Assembly: GCA_002269645.1 (NCBI GenBank)
Contig: NIVC01000661.1
Span: 83,754 to 147,753 of the forward strand
Length of the DNA stretch: 64,000 bases
From: Macrostomum lignano
Lineage: Eukaryota
Direction of reading: 5' to 3'
Positions 1 through 14,100 of this stretch are shown piece by piece. Position 1 is the stretch's first letter. Each line of letters starts with the position of its first letter. Position numbers and translations under genes: made by a program. The notes under the pieces are model-generated. The model did not search any database. It saw nothing but the letters and a program-made list of their open reading frames with translations, and was not told the origin of the DNA.

Positions 1-54
1 TTTAGAGAAAGCAGAGATGAGAGATTGGAGGAGAAAATGAATAGGGGCGAGCAG

Positions 55-1157
55 TGAGTGAGAATAGACGAGAATAGAGTGAGATTGAGAGTCAGTCACT
101 GAGAATAGACTGAGATTGATAGTCAGTCAGTGAGAATAGATCGTGAGAATAGACTGAGATTGAGAGTCAGTCAGTGAGAATAGACTGAGATTGAGAGTCA
201 GTCAGTGAGAATAGATCGTGAGAATAGACTGAGGTTGATAGTCAGTCAGTGAGAATAGATCGTGAGAATAGAGTGAGATTGAGAGTCAGTCAGTGAGAAT
301 AGACTGAGATCGAGAGTCAGTCAGTGAGAATAGACTGAGATCGAGAGTCAGTCAGTGAGAATAGACTGAGATTGAAAGTCAGTCAGTGAGAATAGACTGA
401 GATTGAAAGTCAGTCAGTGAGAATAGACTGAGATTGAAAGTCAGTCACTGATAATAGACTGAGATCGAGAGTCAGTCAGTGAGAATAGACTGAGATCGAG
501 AGTCAGTCAGTGAGAATAGACTGAGATTGAAAGTCAGTCAGTGAGAATAGTGAGATTGAGAGTCAGTCAGTGAGAATAGACTGAGATTGAGAGTCAGTCA
601 GTGAGAATAGACTGAGATCGAGAGTCAGTCAGTGAGATAAGACTGAGATTGAAAGTCAGTCACTGATAATAGACTGAGATTGAGAGTCAGTCAGTGAGAA
701 TAGACTGAGATTGAGAGTCAGTCAGTGAGAATAGACTGAGATTGAGAGTCAGTCAGTGAGAATAGACTGAGATCGAGAGTCAGTCAGTGAGAATAGACTG
801 AGATTGAGAGTCAGTCAGTAAGAATAGACTGAGATCGAGAGTCAGTCAGTGAGAATAGACTGAGATCGAGAGTCAGTCAGTGAGAATAGACTGAGATCGA
901 GAGTCAGTCAGTGAGAATAGAGTGAGATTGAGAGTCAGTCAGTGAGAATAGACTGAGATCGAGAGTCAGTCAGTGAGAATAGACTGAGATCGAGAGTCAG
1001 TCAGTGAGAATAGACTGAGATTGAGAGTCAGTCAGTGAGAATAGACTGAGATTGAGAGTCAGTCAGTGAGAATAGACTGAGATTGAGAGTCAGTCAGTGA
1101 GAATAGACTGAGATTGAGAGTCAGGAATAGACTGAGATTGAGAGTCAGTCAGTGAGA
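55..1157. repeat. 31-bp minisatellite (GTCAGTCAGTGAGAATAGACTGAGATTGAGA)n
   Basis: Unit recurs with period 31 (e.g. TTGAGAGTC at 1021 and 1052). Confidence 0.95.
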
Positions 1158-2151
1158 AACCGATTAGGATTGAGTCTGTAAATAAAAGGCTGCAATGGCG
1201 GCACAATGGACAGGCAGGCAGACAGCCAAAATGAAAACAGCCGTTCGAACAATGGAAGCCTTGACTGCATAAACAGCTTTCCGAGTTGTCATTGTGAAGA
1301 CCCAGTGCAGACTTCAGAGGGGCAGCTGTTCTCTCTGTCATTTATATTTTATTATATTATAATTTCATTATTATTATGACCCACCCACCTGACCCTCCCC
1401 CCCCCAATTCAAGCCTCGGCATGGCAATGGAAAAGCTACTCAAAAAATATAATCTGTTTATTACAGCCTCATCATTAAACTGGGAGGCTGGGCGATGCAG
1501 TAAAACAAAAAACACAGCTTAACAATTTTACAATGGAGAAGTTTTATGGAGAGGAAAGTTAATAATCTTTTTATTGGCGGCTATAAAATAATTTGTTAAT
1601 GCACAAGTGAAATCCTTTTTAATTTTGTTAGTTTTTTATAAACTGCAAACAAGTAGTATTATGGAAAATTGAAGTGTATTTTATTAAAAATACAAAAAAA
1701 TCATTGATGAATTTCAACTTGAATAATAAATAGCAGAGCTGAAGCAATAATTGCAATCGGTCGGGAAATGCAAGACTAAACTTGGGAGCTGGGCGTAAAA
1801 ATGGAAATTTTTTAAGTCAGTATAAGGTCTAAGTGCTGATCTGACGCTTTATAAAGTCTACTACGATACATATCGGTGAATATGAAATATTAGAGACCAT
1901 TGCTTTTATATAGCTTTAAAGTCGTTTACGCAACACATAGGCGTATTTTTCTAGTTTGAATACACATAAACCAATTTTTCAGAGTACGATACATATCGGC
2001 TGTTTTTTATCAAAAGCACACCCAAAACAACTTTTTAAAAAGTATGTTTTCGATACATATCGACAATCGTAACTCTGATGGTATGATATGATACTAATGA
2101 AAAAAATTGCAACGAAAATAACAAGTTTCATATTTTTAGCTTCAGAGTGAA

Positions 2152-5100
2152 TTACTTAAAGCTGAGCATGACACTCTTGCTAATTGAGTCACCTATCCGC
2201 TTGTCAAATATCCTGTCGTGACAGATGCCAGACAAAAGGCGGCGTCGTTCCGCATCGGTCTCGCATGCCGCGTACGCGTCTAGCAGTCTGAAATTAATAA
2301 ATAAACGAGATGAACTACCTGAAAAGTTTCCAACTTTCTACTGAGATAAGTAGTGTACGTAGAAGAATGCAATTATTATTTTTATGAAAGGTTAAAACTT
2401 ACGCTGGCACAGTGGGGTACTGCTGCACAATGGCAAGCGCTTTCTCCATAGTAACGCCGCCAATTTGGAGCAGGTGCTTGGCTAGCATCTCTCGAACGAC
2501 AAGTTTCTAAAAAAGGTTCATGGAGATTTGAAAATTTATTGCTTGAGATTTAAAAGTTGTGTTGTGGTTATTAAAAAAATTATAATACATTTCGGTATTT
2601 ACGATAGATTACTTCCGATACAATATTAATGCTTATAATTGACTTTTTATACATATCGGTACTTATACTTAACTTTCAATATATATCATTGCGTATAATT
2701 AACTTTCGATACATATCGGTACTTTAAATTTACTTTCGATACATATCGGCTCACCTTAGACTTAATTGCAGCCCTATTAAACTCGGCAAAGTCCACCGCA
2801 TTAGCATCGGTGCCCGGACCGCCCAGCGGCAGCACGGCTGAAACAGTCGGTCTGGAGTCCTTGGAGACACCTCCGGTTGCCGGCATGCTGTCATAGACTA
2901 GCAGCTGCCGGCCGCTGTACAGATCTCTCAGGTGGCAGGTCAGCAAGGTGAGATAGCTCACAGTGTGCTGAGCAGAGTCCGTGTACTTCACAGCGCAGCC
3001 GTCAATCAGCTGCGAGTTGCAGACGGCCTGGGCGAGCGTCTCCTCCGGCATGCGCACGTGACCGCCGGAACGACCGCCGAAGCCTTCAACTAGAAGCAGC
3101 AGCTGGGCGATGCCGGACCTGCGCAGTCGGAACTTCTGCTCCTTGAACCGGCCGTCCTTGATGCTGCTGGCCAGATCGTCAAGTCGCTTCCGTTCCACTA
3201 GCAGATTGAGCACCGCTTCGCGTCCCGTGGCTGCAGGATTAGTTTTAGTAAAAAAAGATAAAATAGCAAAAAATGTTGATTTTCTACTTTCAGTAGATGC
3301 AAGCAGGCAGAAGCGAAAAAAAACAATTTTAATTGAATAACAACTGCAATTATAAGTGCACTAATTGTACAGACTAAAAAGCAACTCACAGCGACACTTG
3401 GCCACCCAGAGGAAGTCGGACACCTGCAGTGGACGCACATCGCATTTGACATTGTTGCGCAGTAGGCCGGGCAGTAACATCTGCTTCACGCTGCCCATGC
3501 TGAGGAAGTGGTTGAAAATTATGCGTAAATCTTATTTGTTACGACTATAACAATGCCACTTTATCAGTGGAAGCTACGTTCGTAATATTAGTAACAAAAA
3601 AGGTCCCAAGACTTGAAAGTTTTAGACAACTGATGGTTATTAGACACCACGGTTTCGGACACCTGAAGGTTTTGGACACCTGAAGGTTTCGGACACCTGA
3701 AGGTTGTAGACACCTGAAGGTTTTAGAAACCTGAGGGTTTTTAACACCTGGATGTTTTGGACACCTGAACGCTTTTAGACACCTGAAGGGTTTTAGAAAC
3801 TCCAAGGTTAACTAAAACACCGAGAGATGCATTCCAATCCCTTACCCGAAGTGCTCGCGATTATCGATACAGAAGATGACATCGAAGCCGCCAGGCTGAA
3901 TGCTGTACAGCAGCTTGGCACCTGGCTCCGATTCGGCTGAGGATGCAGCTGCCGACTCTGAGGTTCCCGTCGCTGTTGCGGAGGCGTGGCGTTGCCATGA
4001 CAACGATTTGTTTGTTATCAACGGCTTACTGAGCAGCAGGGAGGCGCTGTTGGACATCGCAGCGCTCGCGGGAGGATTGGGATTTGAGCTGACTGGGATT
4101 TGGGAAATTGGGGGGAAGCGCGAGTTGAGTTGAGAGTGAAAGTCATTAATTGTGGATCAGGACAACACTGGCTTTAGAATCGGATTGAGATCACTTTGGA
4201 ATTTCAAGGATTGGGATCAATTCGGGATTTCATGCATTAGGATTACTTGGGGATTTTATGGATGGGATCACGGGATTTCATGAATTGGGATCAATCTGGG
4301 ATTTTATGGATGGGATCACGGGATTTCATGAATTGGGATCAATTTGGGATTTCATGGATTGGGATCAATTTGGGATTTCATGGATTGGGATCAATTCGGG
4401 ATTTCATGGATTGGGATCAATTTGGGATTTCATGGATTGGGATCAATTCGGGATTTCATGGATTGGGATCAATTCGGGATTTCATGGATTGGGATCAATT
4501 TGGGATTTCATGAATTGAGAAAAATTTGGGATTTCATGGATTGGGAACAATTTGGGATTTCATGAATTGGGATCAATTTGGGATTACATGGATTGGGATC
4601 AATTTGGGATATCATGGTTTGGGATCACTTTGGGGATTAGGATCAAGGGATTTTATGATTCACTTACCTGTACGCAAAGGTGGCGGCGGAGGTAGAGGCT
4701 TGTTTTCAATGCTCCTTGATGAGGCCGCTGTCGCCGCAGCCGCAGCCTCCGCAGCCTCCGCAGCCGCAGCCTCCGCAGCCTCCGCAGCCGCAGCAGCCGC
4801 AGCCGCCGCCGCAGCTTTAGTGCTGAGTTCCGGCAAGTCCCGTTCTCTAACAAAGGCAGCCACCTGGCCGTCAGTAAACCGCCTGGAAAAAGCAGCAAGG
4901 TACAGAATCTGTCAGTCTGAGGTCAGTCTCAGGTGTTGAGATCCCGTACAAGGTGCTCACCCGATTGCGGCCAAATCAAGCGTGTAGTGCAGGTTGGACC
5001 TGACCAGCTGTTCGTATTCGCATAGCACCAGCGCACAATCGGCATCAATTATTGAATCAAATTTTCGCCATGCCAAAGACTTACTACTCACTATTGAGTA

Positions 5101-8100
5101 GTCAGGCTCGGAGCAGTAGTCGAATATTAGCGATAATTTAGGCTGCAGCTGGAGTAGCTCCTGGCGAGGCGGCGAAGGCAACGGAGCGACTGGAGGTTCA
5201 GCTTCGTCAGAATCGGACACAGAGTGCACAGAGTAATTAACAGGTGCCTTCTCCTCATCTGAGTCCGATATTGCATGCACCGACTGTTTTCTTGGCTTTG
5301 ATGTTGCCGACGCCGCAGACTCGGCGTCCTTTGATGTCGTTGACGCTTTGATAGACTTCTTTGCGTTTTTAGGAACTCCGGCTGCCGCCTTTGATCTTGC
5401 CGCCGCTGCCGCCGGCGCAGTCGGTTGTTTATCAGCCTTATCAGCGGTGGCGGCAGACATCAAAGACGCCGCCGCTGATTGGCCAGCCGGGGTGAGGGTA
5501 TAGGTGCCTGGGTTGCGGCCGGCGGCCGGTCTGCGGTCCACCAGGCCCCGTTTGACGAGGCCGCTCATGGCCGACCAGGCCGTGTAGTGAGAGCCGGCCG
5601 CCGGCTAATAGTGCAGAGGTGACGGCGGTGAAGATCAAAGGAAATTAATCAATTACTTGGATCAGGTGTGAGCGGTCAATTAACCAAGTGCACGCAGCCA
5701 CATTGGGTGTACACTAATTATATTTGATAGACAGACAGCGCACAAATTGATAAGGTAAAAATTAATATCATACAAAATGATTACTGTTAGTAGGCACGGG
5801 TATCTCCCAACACAGAGAATCGCCCTTGAATCTCCCAACCCAGAGAATCGCCCTTAAAGAATCTCCCAACCCAGAGAATCACCCTTAAAGAATCTCCCAA
5901 CCCAGAGAATCGCCCTTAAAAAAACTCCCAACCCAGAGAATCTCCCTTAAAGGATCTCTTAACCCAGAGAATCGCCCTTAAAGAATCTCCCCACCCAGAT
6001 ATCACCCTTAAAGAATCTCCCAACCCAGAGAATCGCCCTTAAAGAATCTCCCCACCCAGATATCACCCTTAAAGAATCTCCCAACCCAGAGAATCGCCCT
6101 TAAAAAAACTCCCAACTAAGACAATCGCTCTTAAAGAATCTCCCAACCCAGAGAATCGCCTTCAAAGAATCTCCCAACCAAGAGAATTGCCTTCAAAGAA
6201 TCTCCCAACCAAGAGAATTGCCTTCAAAGAATCTCCCAACCCAGAGAATCGCCTTCAAAAAATCTCCTAACCCAGAGAATCGCCCTCAAAGAATCTCGCA
6301 ACTAAGACAATCGCCCTAAAAGAATCTCCCAACTAAGACAATCGCCCTAAAAGAATCTCCCAACTCAGAGAATCGCCTTAAAGAATCTCCCAACTAAGAC
6401 AATCGCCCTAAAAGAATCTCCCAACTCAGAGAATCGCCTTAAAGAATCTCCCAACCCGGAGAATCACCATCCAAGAATTTCTTCTTAAGAACCCTTTTCA
6501 AGAGCTACCTGAGAACAAAGAACCTCATCTTTATATTATAATAATTCGTAAGACCTTTTTTCTATGCACCTACATAGGGAAAATTCCTATTATAACTATG
6601 AATATTGTATTATACAACTAACCCAACCCAAGTGATTAGTCGTAGTCATTGAATTGGACACTGTCATATAATGTCAGGACATTGTATTGTAAATCGAAAA
6701 AAACTTCAATAGGTTTCCACCGTTTCTTTGAAGAGTTCCGACACTAGTGGGCATTGCCTATCCCTGAAGAAGAATATAAAATATTAGGAATGTTGGCACT
6801 TACTTTTGAGGACTTCGGGTTTGAGGACTTGTCCCTCTCTTCTATCTCTCTCTCCTTTGTCTCTCCTCTCTAAAACTAACAGGAAGGGGTAGAGCTTGGC
6901 CTACAAAGTACATTACTACAACTACTTTCAGCATTGAAGCTTCTCCCTTATCCACGGTCACAGTTTCAAGAGCTCTCAACCAGTCTGGATATGAGAGGCA
7001 AAGGTTTCAGGAGTGAGCCCAAAATTATGGCCAGTGAGGGGTGGGGGGCTATAACTATGGATTATGAAAGCTGAGCTAACTGAATTTATTGCCTGGAAGT
7101 TTAAAAAGGCTCAGCTGATGGAAATTGCAGCTTATATATTTTATGCTCATAAGCTGTGAGAACTAAATAATAATATATAATGCAGCAAATCATTAAAATA
7201 TTTAGTCACGGTTCAATCGCGGTCTAACAGACTCTATCCACAGCCAGTGGGTCTCTATCCACAGTCAGTGGGTCTCTATCCACAGCCAGTGGGTCTCTAT
7301 CCACAGTCAGTGGGTCTCTATCCACAGTCAGTGGGTCTCTATCCACAGTCAGTGGGTCTCTATCCACAGCCAGTGGGTCTCTATCCACAGTCAGTGAGTC
7401 TCTATCCACAGTCAGTGGGTCTCTATCCACAGTCAGTGGGTCTCTATCCACAGCCAGTGGGTCTCTATCCACAGTCAGTGGGTCTCTATCCACAGTCAGT
7501 GGGTCTCTATCCACAGTCAGTGGGTCTCTATCCACAGCCAGTGGGTCTCTATCCACAGTCAGTGGGTCTCTATCCACAGCCAGTGGGTCTCTATCCACAG
7601 TCAGTGGGTCTCTATCCACAGCCAGTGGGTCTCTATCCACAGCCAGTGGGTCTCTATCCACAGCCAGTGGCCTCTATCCACAGCCAGTGGGTCTCTATTC
7701 ACAGCCAGTGGGTCTCTATCCACAGCCAGTGGCCTCTATCCACAGCCAGTGGGTCTCTATCCACAGCCAGTGGGTCTCTATCCACAGCCAGTCCAGTGAG
7801 ACTGTTCCAATGCGATCGCGGGAATCGAACCTCCGACGCTCTAACCACCAGGCTACAACCCGTACAAGGACAATAGCTGCGGCTGAGCTGTCGGTTGCAC
7901 ACCTGGCCCAACTGGGTCATAATTATTATTACTGAAACACACAGAAGAAGCCGGACTCACATCGGTGAAGGAGCTGTCGCAGATGGGCTGAGCAAGGCTG
8001 ATGAGTTCGGCTTTGCTCAGCGTATAGTCAGGACCACCGCTATCCAGCAGAGTGAGCAGCATTGCGTGAGCACCCGTGCCAGGCTTTGGATTGAATGGTC

Positions 8101-11100
8101 GGTGCAACTGCGACAGACTCAGCTGGGGCGACTGCTGACTCGGCGTGGGGGCTCTCTGCGAATATGGACAGCATTTTTGTATGGCTTGACAGTTGGGTCA
8201 GGAAGTGGATTAATAACTGCGTCAAAAGCTAGGTCAAGATATGGGTCAAGAATTAGGTCAATAACTGGGTCAGGATATAGTTAAAAAGGTGGGTCAATAG
8301 CCGAATCAGGATATGGGACAAAAAGTTTGTCAATAGCTGGTTCAGGATATGGGTCAAGAAGTGGGTCAATAACTGGGTCAAGAAGAGGGTCAAGAAGTGG
8401 GTCAATAACTGGGTCAGGATATGGGTCAGGAAGTAGATCAATAACTGAGTCAAGAAGAGGGTCAAGAAGTGGGTCAATAACTGGGTCAGGATATGGGTCA
8501 GGAAGTAGATCAATAACTGAGTCAAGAAGTAGATCAATAACTGAGTCAAGAAGAGGGTCAATAACTGTGTCAAAAAGTGGGTCAGGATATGGGTCAGGAA
8601 GTAGATCAATAACTGAGTCAAGAAGTGGATCAATAACTGAGTCAAGAAGTAGGTTAATAACTGGGTCAAGAATTGGGTCAATAGCTGAGTGAGGATATGG
8701 GTCAAAAAGTTGGTCAATATCTGGGTCAGTAATGGGTCAATAACTGGGTCAAGAATTGGGTTAATAGCTGGGTCAGGATATTGGTAAATAAGTGGGTCAA
8801 GTGAGCAAGTAAGTCGATATTAAGGCAAGCAAAAAGTAAAAATTGACATCTAGATAGCTAGAGAATTCGAATCGCATGTTGTAAATTTCTAGAATTATGA
8901 CTAGCAATCTACGCCCCCCGTTGGGGAGCCAAAGAAATGCAATATACGTTTTTTTAATAAGCTACATGTATCCTTGAAATCTTAAAAAATCTCCTGTCAA
9001 ACCTTGTAAGCCTTGACATGTCAGTAATTCCCCCCACAAGCTTTAACATATCAACTTCCCCCCCTTGATATCTCAGCAATGCCCCCAATAAGCCTTGGAA
9101 ATCTAAAAATATCTGTCAACCTTCTAACCCTAACCCTAGCCTAACCCTAACCCTAACCCTAACCCTAACCCTAACCCTAACCGTAACCTAACCCTAAAGC
9201 ATTAAAATTTTAGTAATTCTCTCTAAGAGTCATTATAGCACTACTACAGCATTATAGCAATTCCCTGCAAGCCTCGACATCGTAGGGATTCCCAAATGAA
9301 TCTCTTAACTTCGACATGAAGCTTCTTTTATTTTTTACATTACGCTTTTTTATCAGCGATCCCTCCCCTGAGGAGGCATCAAATAATGTAATAAAAAGTT
9401 TTCAATAAACTACATGTAGCTTCTGGCTTTAGCCTTGAAATTTCATTTATACCCCCGTGAGCCTTGACATCTCAGCTATTCCCCCCGTAAGCCTTGACAT
9501 GTCAGCGATGGCCCCCATAAACCTTGAAATCTAAAAAATCCCCTGTTAACCTTGAAACCTGATAAAATCTAACCCTCAACCCACACCTGACCTAAAAACT
9601 AACTTTAACCGAACCTAAAGCCTTGAAATCTCAGAAATTCTTCTCCCCTAAGCCTTGACATTTTAGTGATTCCTTCTTTAAGAATCACAGCACTATAACG
9701 ATTTCCACCAAGCTTTGACATCGTAGCCATTCCCAAATGAATCTTTTAACTTCGACATGACTTTTCTTTTATGTATACTTAGTGCTACTTTTATTTTTTA
9801 CATGACTCTTCTTCTATCAGCGCCCCCCGTGGCGAGCCAACAAAGAATGCAATAAAAAAATTGAGTAAAGTACATGAACTTTGAAGTAGCTTCTGACTTT
9901 TGCTTTGACATCTCAGAAACCCCCCCCCGTAATCTCAGTTATTCTCTGAGAGCCTTTACGTCTCAGTTTTTCACCCCAGCACAGCATTATAGCTGCATTT
10001 AATTTTTACATGACACCCTTCATGTCTGACATGACGCTTCTTTTATTCTACCATGATGCTTCTTAATTTTTTAAATGACACTTTCATTAGTTTTTAAATT
10101 AGGCTTCTATGATTTTTTCATGACGCTTCTAAGATTTTTACATGATGCTTCTGATTTTTTCATGACGCTTCTAAGATTTTCACATGATGCTTCTATGATT
10201 TTTTATATAATGCTTCTATGATTGTTTATATGACGCTTCTATGCTTTTTACATGACGCTTCTATGATTTTTTTATATGACGCTTCCATGATTGTTTACAT
10301 GACGCTTCTATGATTGTTTACATGACGCTTCTATGATTTTTACATGACGCTTCTATGATTTTTTACTTGACGCTTCTATGATTGTCTACATGACGCTTCT
10401 ATGCTTTTTACATGACGCTTCTATGCTTTTTACATGACGCTTCTATGATTGTTTATATGACGCTTCTATGATTGTTTATATGACGCTTCTATGATTTTTA
10501 CATGACGCTTCTATGATTTTTTACATGATGCTACTATGATTTTTACATGATGCTTCTATGATTTTTTACATGACGCTTCCATGATTTTTACATGACGCTT
10601 CTATGATTTTTTCATGACGCTCCTATGATTTTTTACATGACGCTTCTATGATTTTTTCATGACGCTCCTATGATTTTTTACATGACGCTTCTATGATTGT
10701 TTACATGACGCTTCTATGATTTTTTCATGACGCTCCTATGATTTTTTACATGACGCTTCTATGATTGTTTATATGACGCTTCTATGCTTTTTATATGACG
10801 CTTCTTCGATTTTTTACATGACGCTTCTATGATTGTTTACATGACGCTTCTATGATTGTTTATATGACGCTTCTATGGTTTTTAATATGACGCTTCTATG
10901 ATTGTTTACATGACGCTTCTATGCTTTTTACATGACGCTTCTATGATTATTTCATGACGCTTCTACAATTTCTGCAGGACGCTCCTATGATTTTTTCATG
11001 ACGCTTCTATGCTTTTTTATATGACACTTCTATGATTGTTTATATGACGCTTCCATGATTTTTTACATGACGCTTCTATGATTTTTTTACATTACGCTTC

Positions 11101-14100
11101 TATGATTGTTTACATGACACTTCTATGATTTTTTCATGACGCTTCTATGCTTTTTATATGACGCTTCTATGATTGTTTACATGACGCTTCTATGATTTTT
11201 TACATGACGCTTCTATGATTGTTTATATGACGCTTCTATGCTTTTATATGACGATTCTATGATTTTTACATGACGCTTCTAAGATTTTTACATGATGCTT
11301 CTGATTTTTTCATGACGCTTCTAAGATTTTCACATGATGCTTCTATGATTTTTTATATAATGCTTCTATGATTGTTTATATGACGCTTCTATGCTTTTTA
11401 CATGACGCTTCTATGATTTTTTTATATGACGCTTCCATGATTGTTTACATGACGCTTCTATGATTGTTTACATGACGCTTCTATGATTTTTACATGACGC
11501 TTCTATGATTTTTTACTTGACGCTTCTATGATTGTCTACATGACGCTTCTATGCTTTTTACATGACGCTTCTATGCTTTTTACATGATGCTACTATGATT
11601 TTTACATGACGCTTCTATGATTTTTTACATGATGCTACTATGATTTTTACATGATGCTTCTATGATTTTTTACATGACGCTTCCATGATTTTTACATGAC
11701 GCTTCTATGATTTTTTCATGACGCTCCTATGATTTTTTACATGACGCTTCTATGATTGTTTACATGACGCTTCTATGATTTTTTCATGACGCTCCTATGA
11801 TTTTTTACATGACGCTTCTATGATTGTTTATATGACGCTTCTATGCTTTTTATATGACGCTTCTTCGATTTTTTACATGACGCTTCTATGATTGTTTACA
11901 TGACGCTTCTATGATTGTTTATATGACGCTTCTATGGTTTTTAATATGACGCTTCTATGATTGTTTACATGACGCTTCTATGCTTTTTACATGACGCTTC
12001 TATGATTATTTCATGACGCTTCTACAATTTCTGCAGGACGCTCCTATGATTTTTTCATGACGCTTCTATGCTTTTTTATATGACACTTCTATGATTGTTT
12101 ATATGACGCTTCCATGATTTTTTACATGACGCTTCTATGATTTTTTTACATTACGCTTCTATGATTGTTTACATGACACTTCTATGATTTTTTCATGACG
12201 CTTCTATGCTTTTTATATGACGCTTCTATGATTGTTTACATGACGCTTCTATGATTTTTTACATGACGCTTCTATGATTGTTTATATGACGCTTCTATGC
12301 TTTTATATGACGATTCTATGATTTTTACATGACGCTTCTAAGATTTTTACATGATGCTTCTGATTTTTTCATGACGCTTCTAAGATTTTCACATGATGCT
12401 TCTATGATTTTTTATATAATGCTTCTATGATTGTTTATATGACGCTTCTATGCTTTTTACATGACGCTTCTATGATTTTTTTATATGACGCTTCCATGAT
12501 TGTTTACATGACGCTTCTATGATTGTTTACATGACGCTTCTATGATTTTTACATGACGCTTCTATGATTTTTTACTTGACGCTTCTATGATTGTCTACAT
12601 GACGCTTCTATGCTTTTTACATGACGCTTCTATGCTTTTTACATGACGCTTCTATGATTGTTTATATGACGCTTCTATGATTGTTTATATGACGCTTCTA
12701 TGATTTTTACATGACGCTTCTATGATTTTTTACATGATGCTACTATGATTTTTACATGATGCTTCTATGATTTTTTACATGACGCTTCCATGATTTTTAC
12801 ATGACGCTTCTATGATTTTTTCATGACGCTCCTATGATTTTTTACATGACGCTTCTATGATTGTTTACATGACGCTTCTATGATTTTTTCATGACGCTCC
12901 TATGATTTTTTACATGACGCTTCTATGATTGTTTATATGACGCTTCTATGCTTTTTATATGACGCTTCTTCGATTTTTTACATGACGCTTCTATGATTGT
13001 TTACATGACGCTTCTATGATTGTTTATATGACGCTTCTATGGTTTTTAATATGACGCTTCTATGATTGTTTACATGACGCTTCTATGCTTTTTACATGAC
13101 GCTTCTATGATTATTTCATGACGCTTCTACAATTTCTGCAGGACGCTCCTATGATTTTTTCATGACGCTTCTATGCTTTTTTATATGACACTTCTATGAT
13201 TGTTTATATGACGCTTCCATGATTTTTTACATGACGCTTCTATGATTTTTTTACATGACGCTTCTATGATTGTTTACATGACACTTCTATGATTTTTTCA
13301 TGACGCTTCTATGCTTTTTATATGACGCTTCTATGATTGTTTACATGACGCTTCTATGATTTTTTACATGACGCTTCTATGATTGTTTATATGACGCTTC
13401 TATGCTTTTATATGACGATTCTATGATTTTTACATGACGCTTCTATGATTTTTTAGATGACGCTTCTATGATTGTTTACATGATGCTTCTATGATTTTTT
13501 ACATGATGCTTCTATGATTGTTTACATGACGCTTCCATGATTTTTTTCATGACGCTTCTATGACTTTTTAGATGACGCTTCTATGATTTTTTTACATGAC
13601 GCTTCTATGATTTTTTAGTTTTCTTGGTGTAAAAAAACTTTAATTAAAAAAACTCCACTCTCTAAAAATTCAAACCATCGTCCCTGCATTTAGCAGTCTA
13701 GGCTAGCTCTCATCGTTTTGATAACATGAATTTTAGCACTTCTATAATTATAAGTTTCAAAACTCCAAGCATAGAGTAAATCACACAAGGCAGTTATGAC
13801 ATAATCAATTTCTCAGTCAGTCAGTATCAGTTAACAATATGGTTACGCAATCTAAATCAAGTCTGGTGCTATGCTTCCACACTGCATTTTCAATACTGTG
13901 ACGCAATTCAAGTCGGAGTTACAATTCAGTTATGATGCAATCTATTTCAGAATCAGAATTTAACCAGTCAGTTTTTTCTCTAGCATTCTTACAATGCATT
14001 TCAAGTCGAAAAGTTTGCTTGAACTTTGCAAAAAAGCATGTTTTTCGAATATTTAATCGCTTTAACATGGAGTAATTTCTTAGCCAAGATGCATGTACCG

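Noticed and set aside
9124-9197. True telomere or chromosome fusion point
   Set aside because: Short, single orientation, inside an intron of an intact gene and inside a repeat unit.
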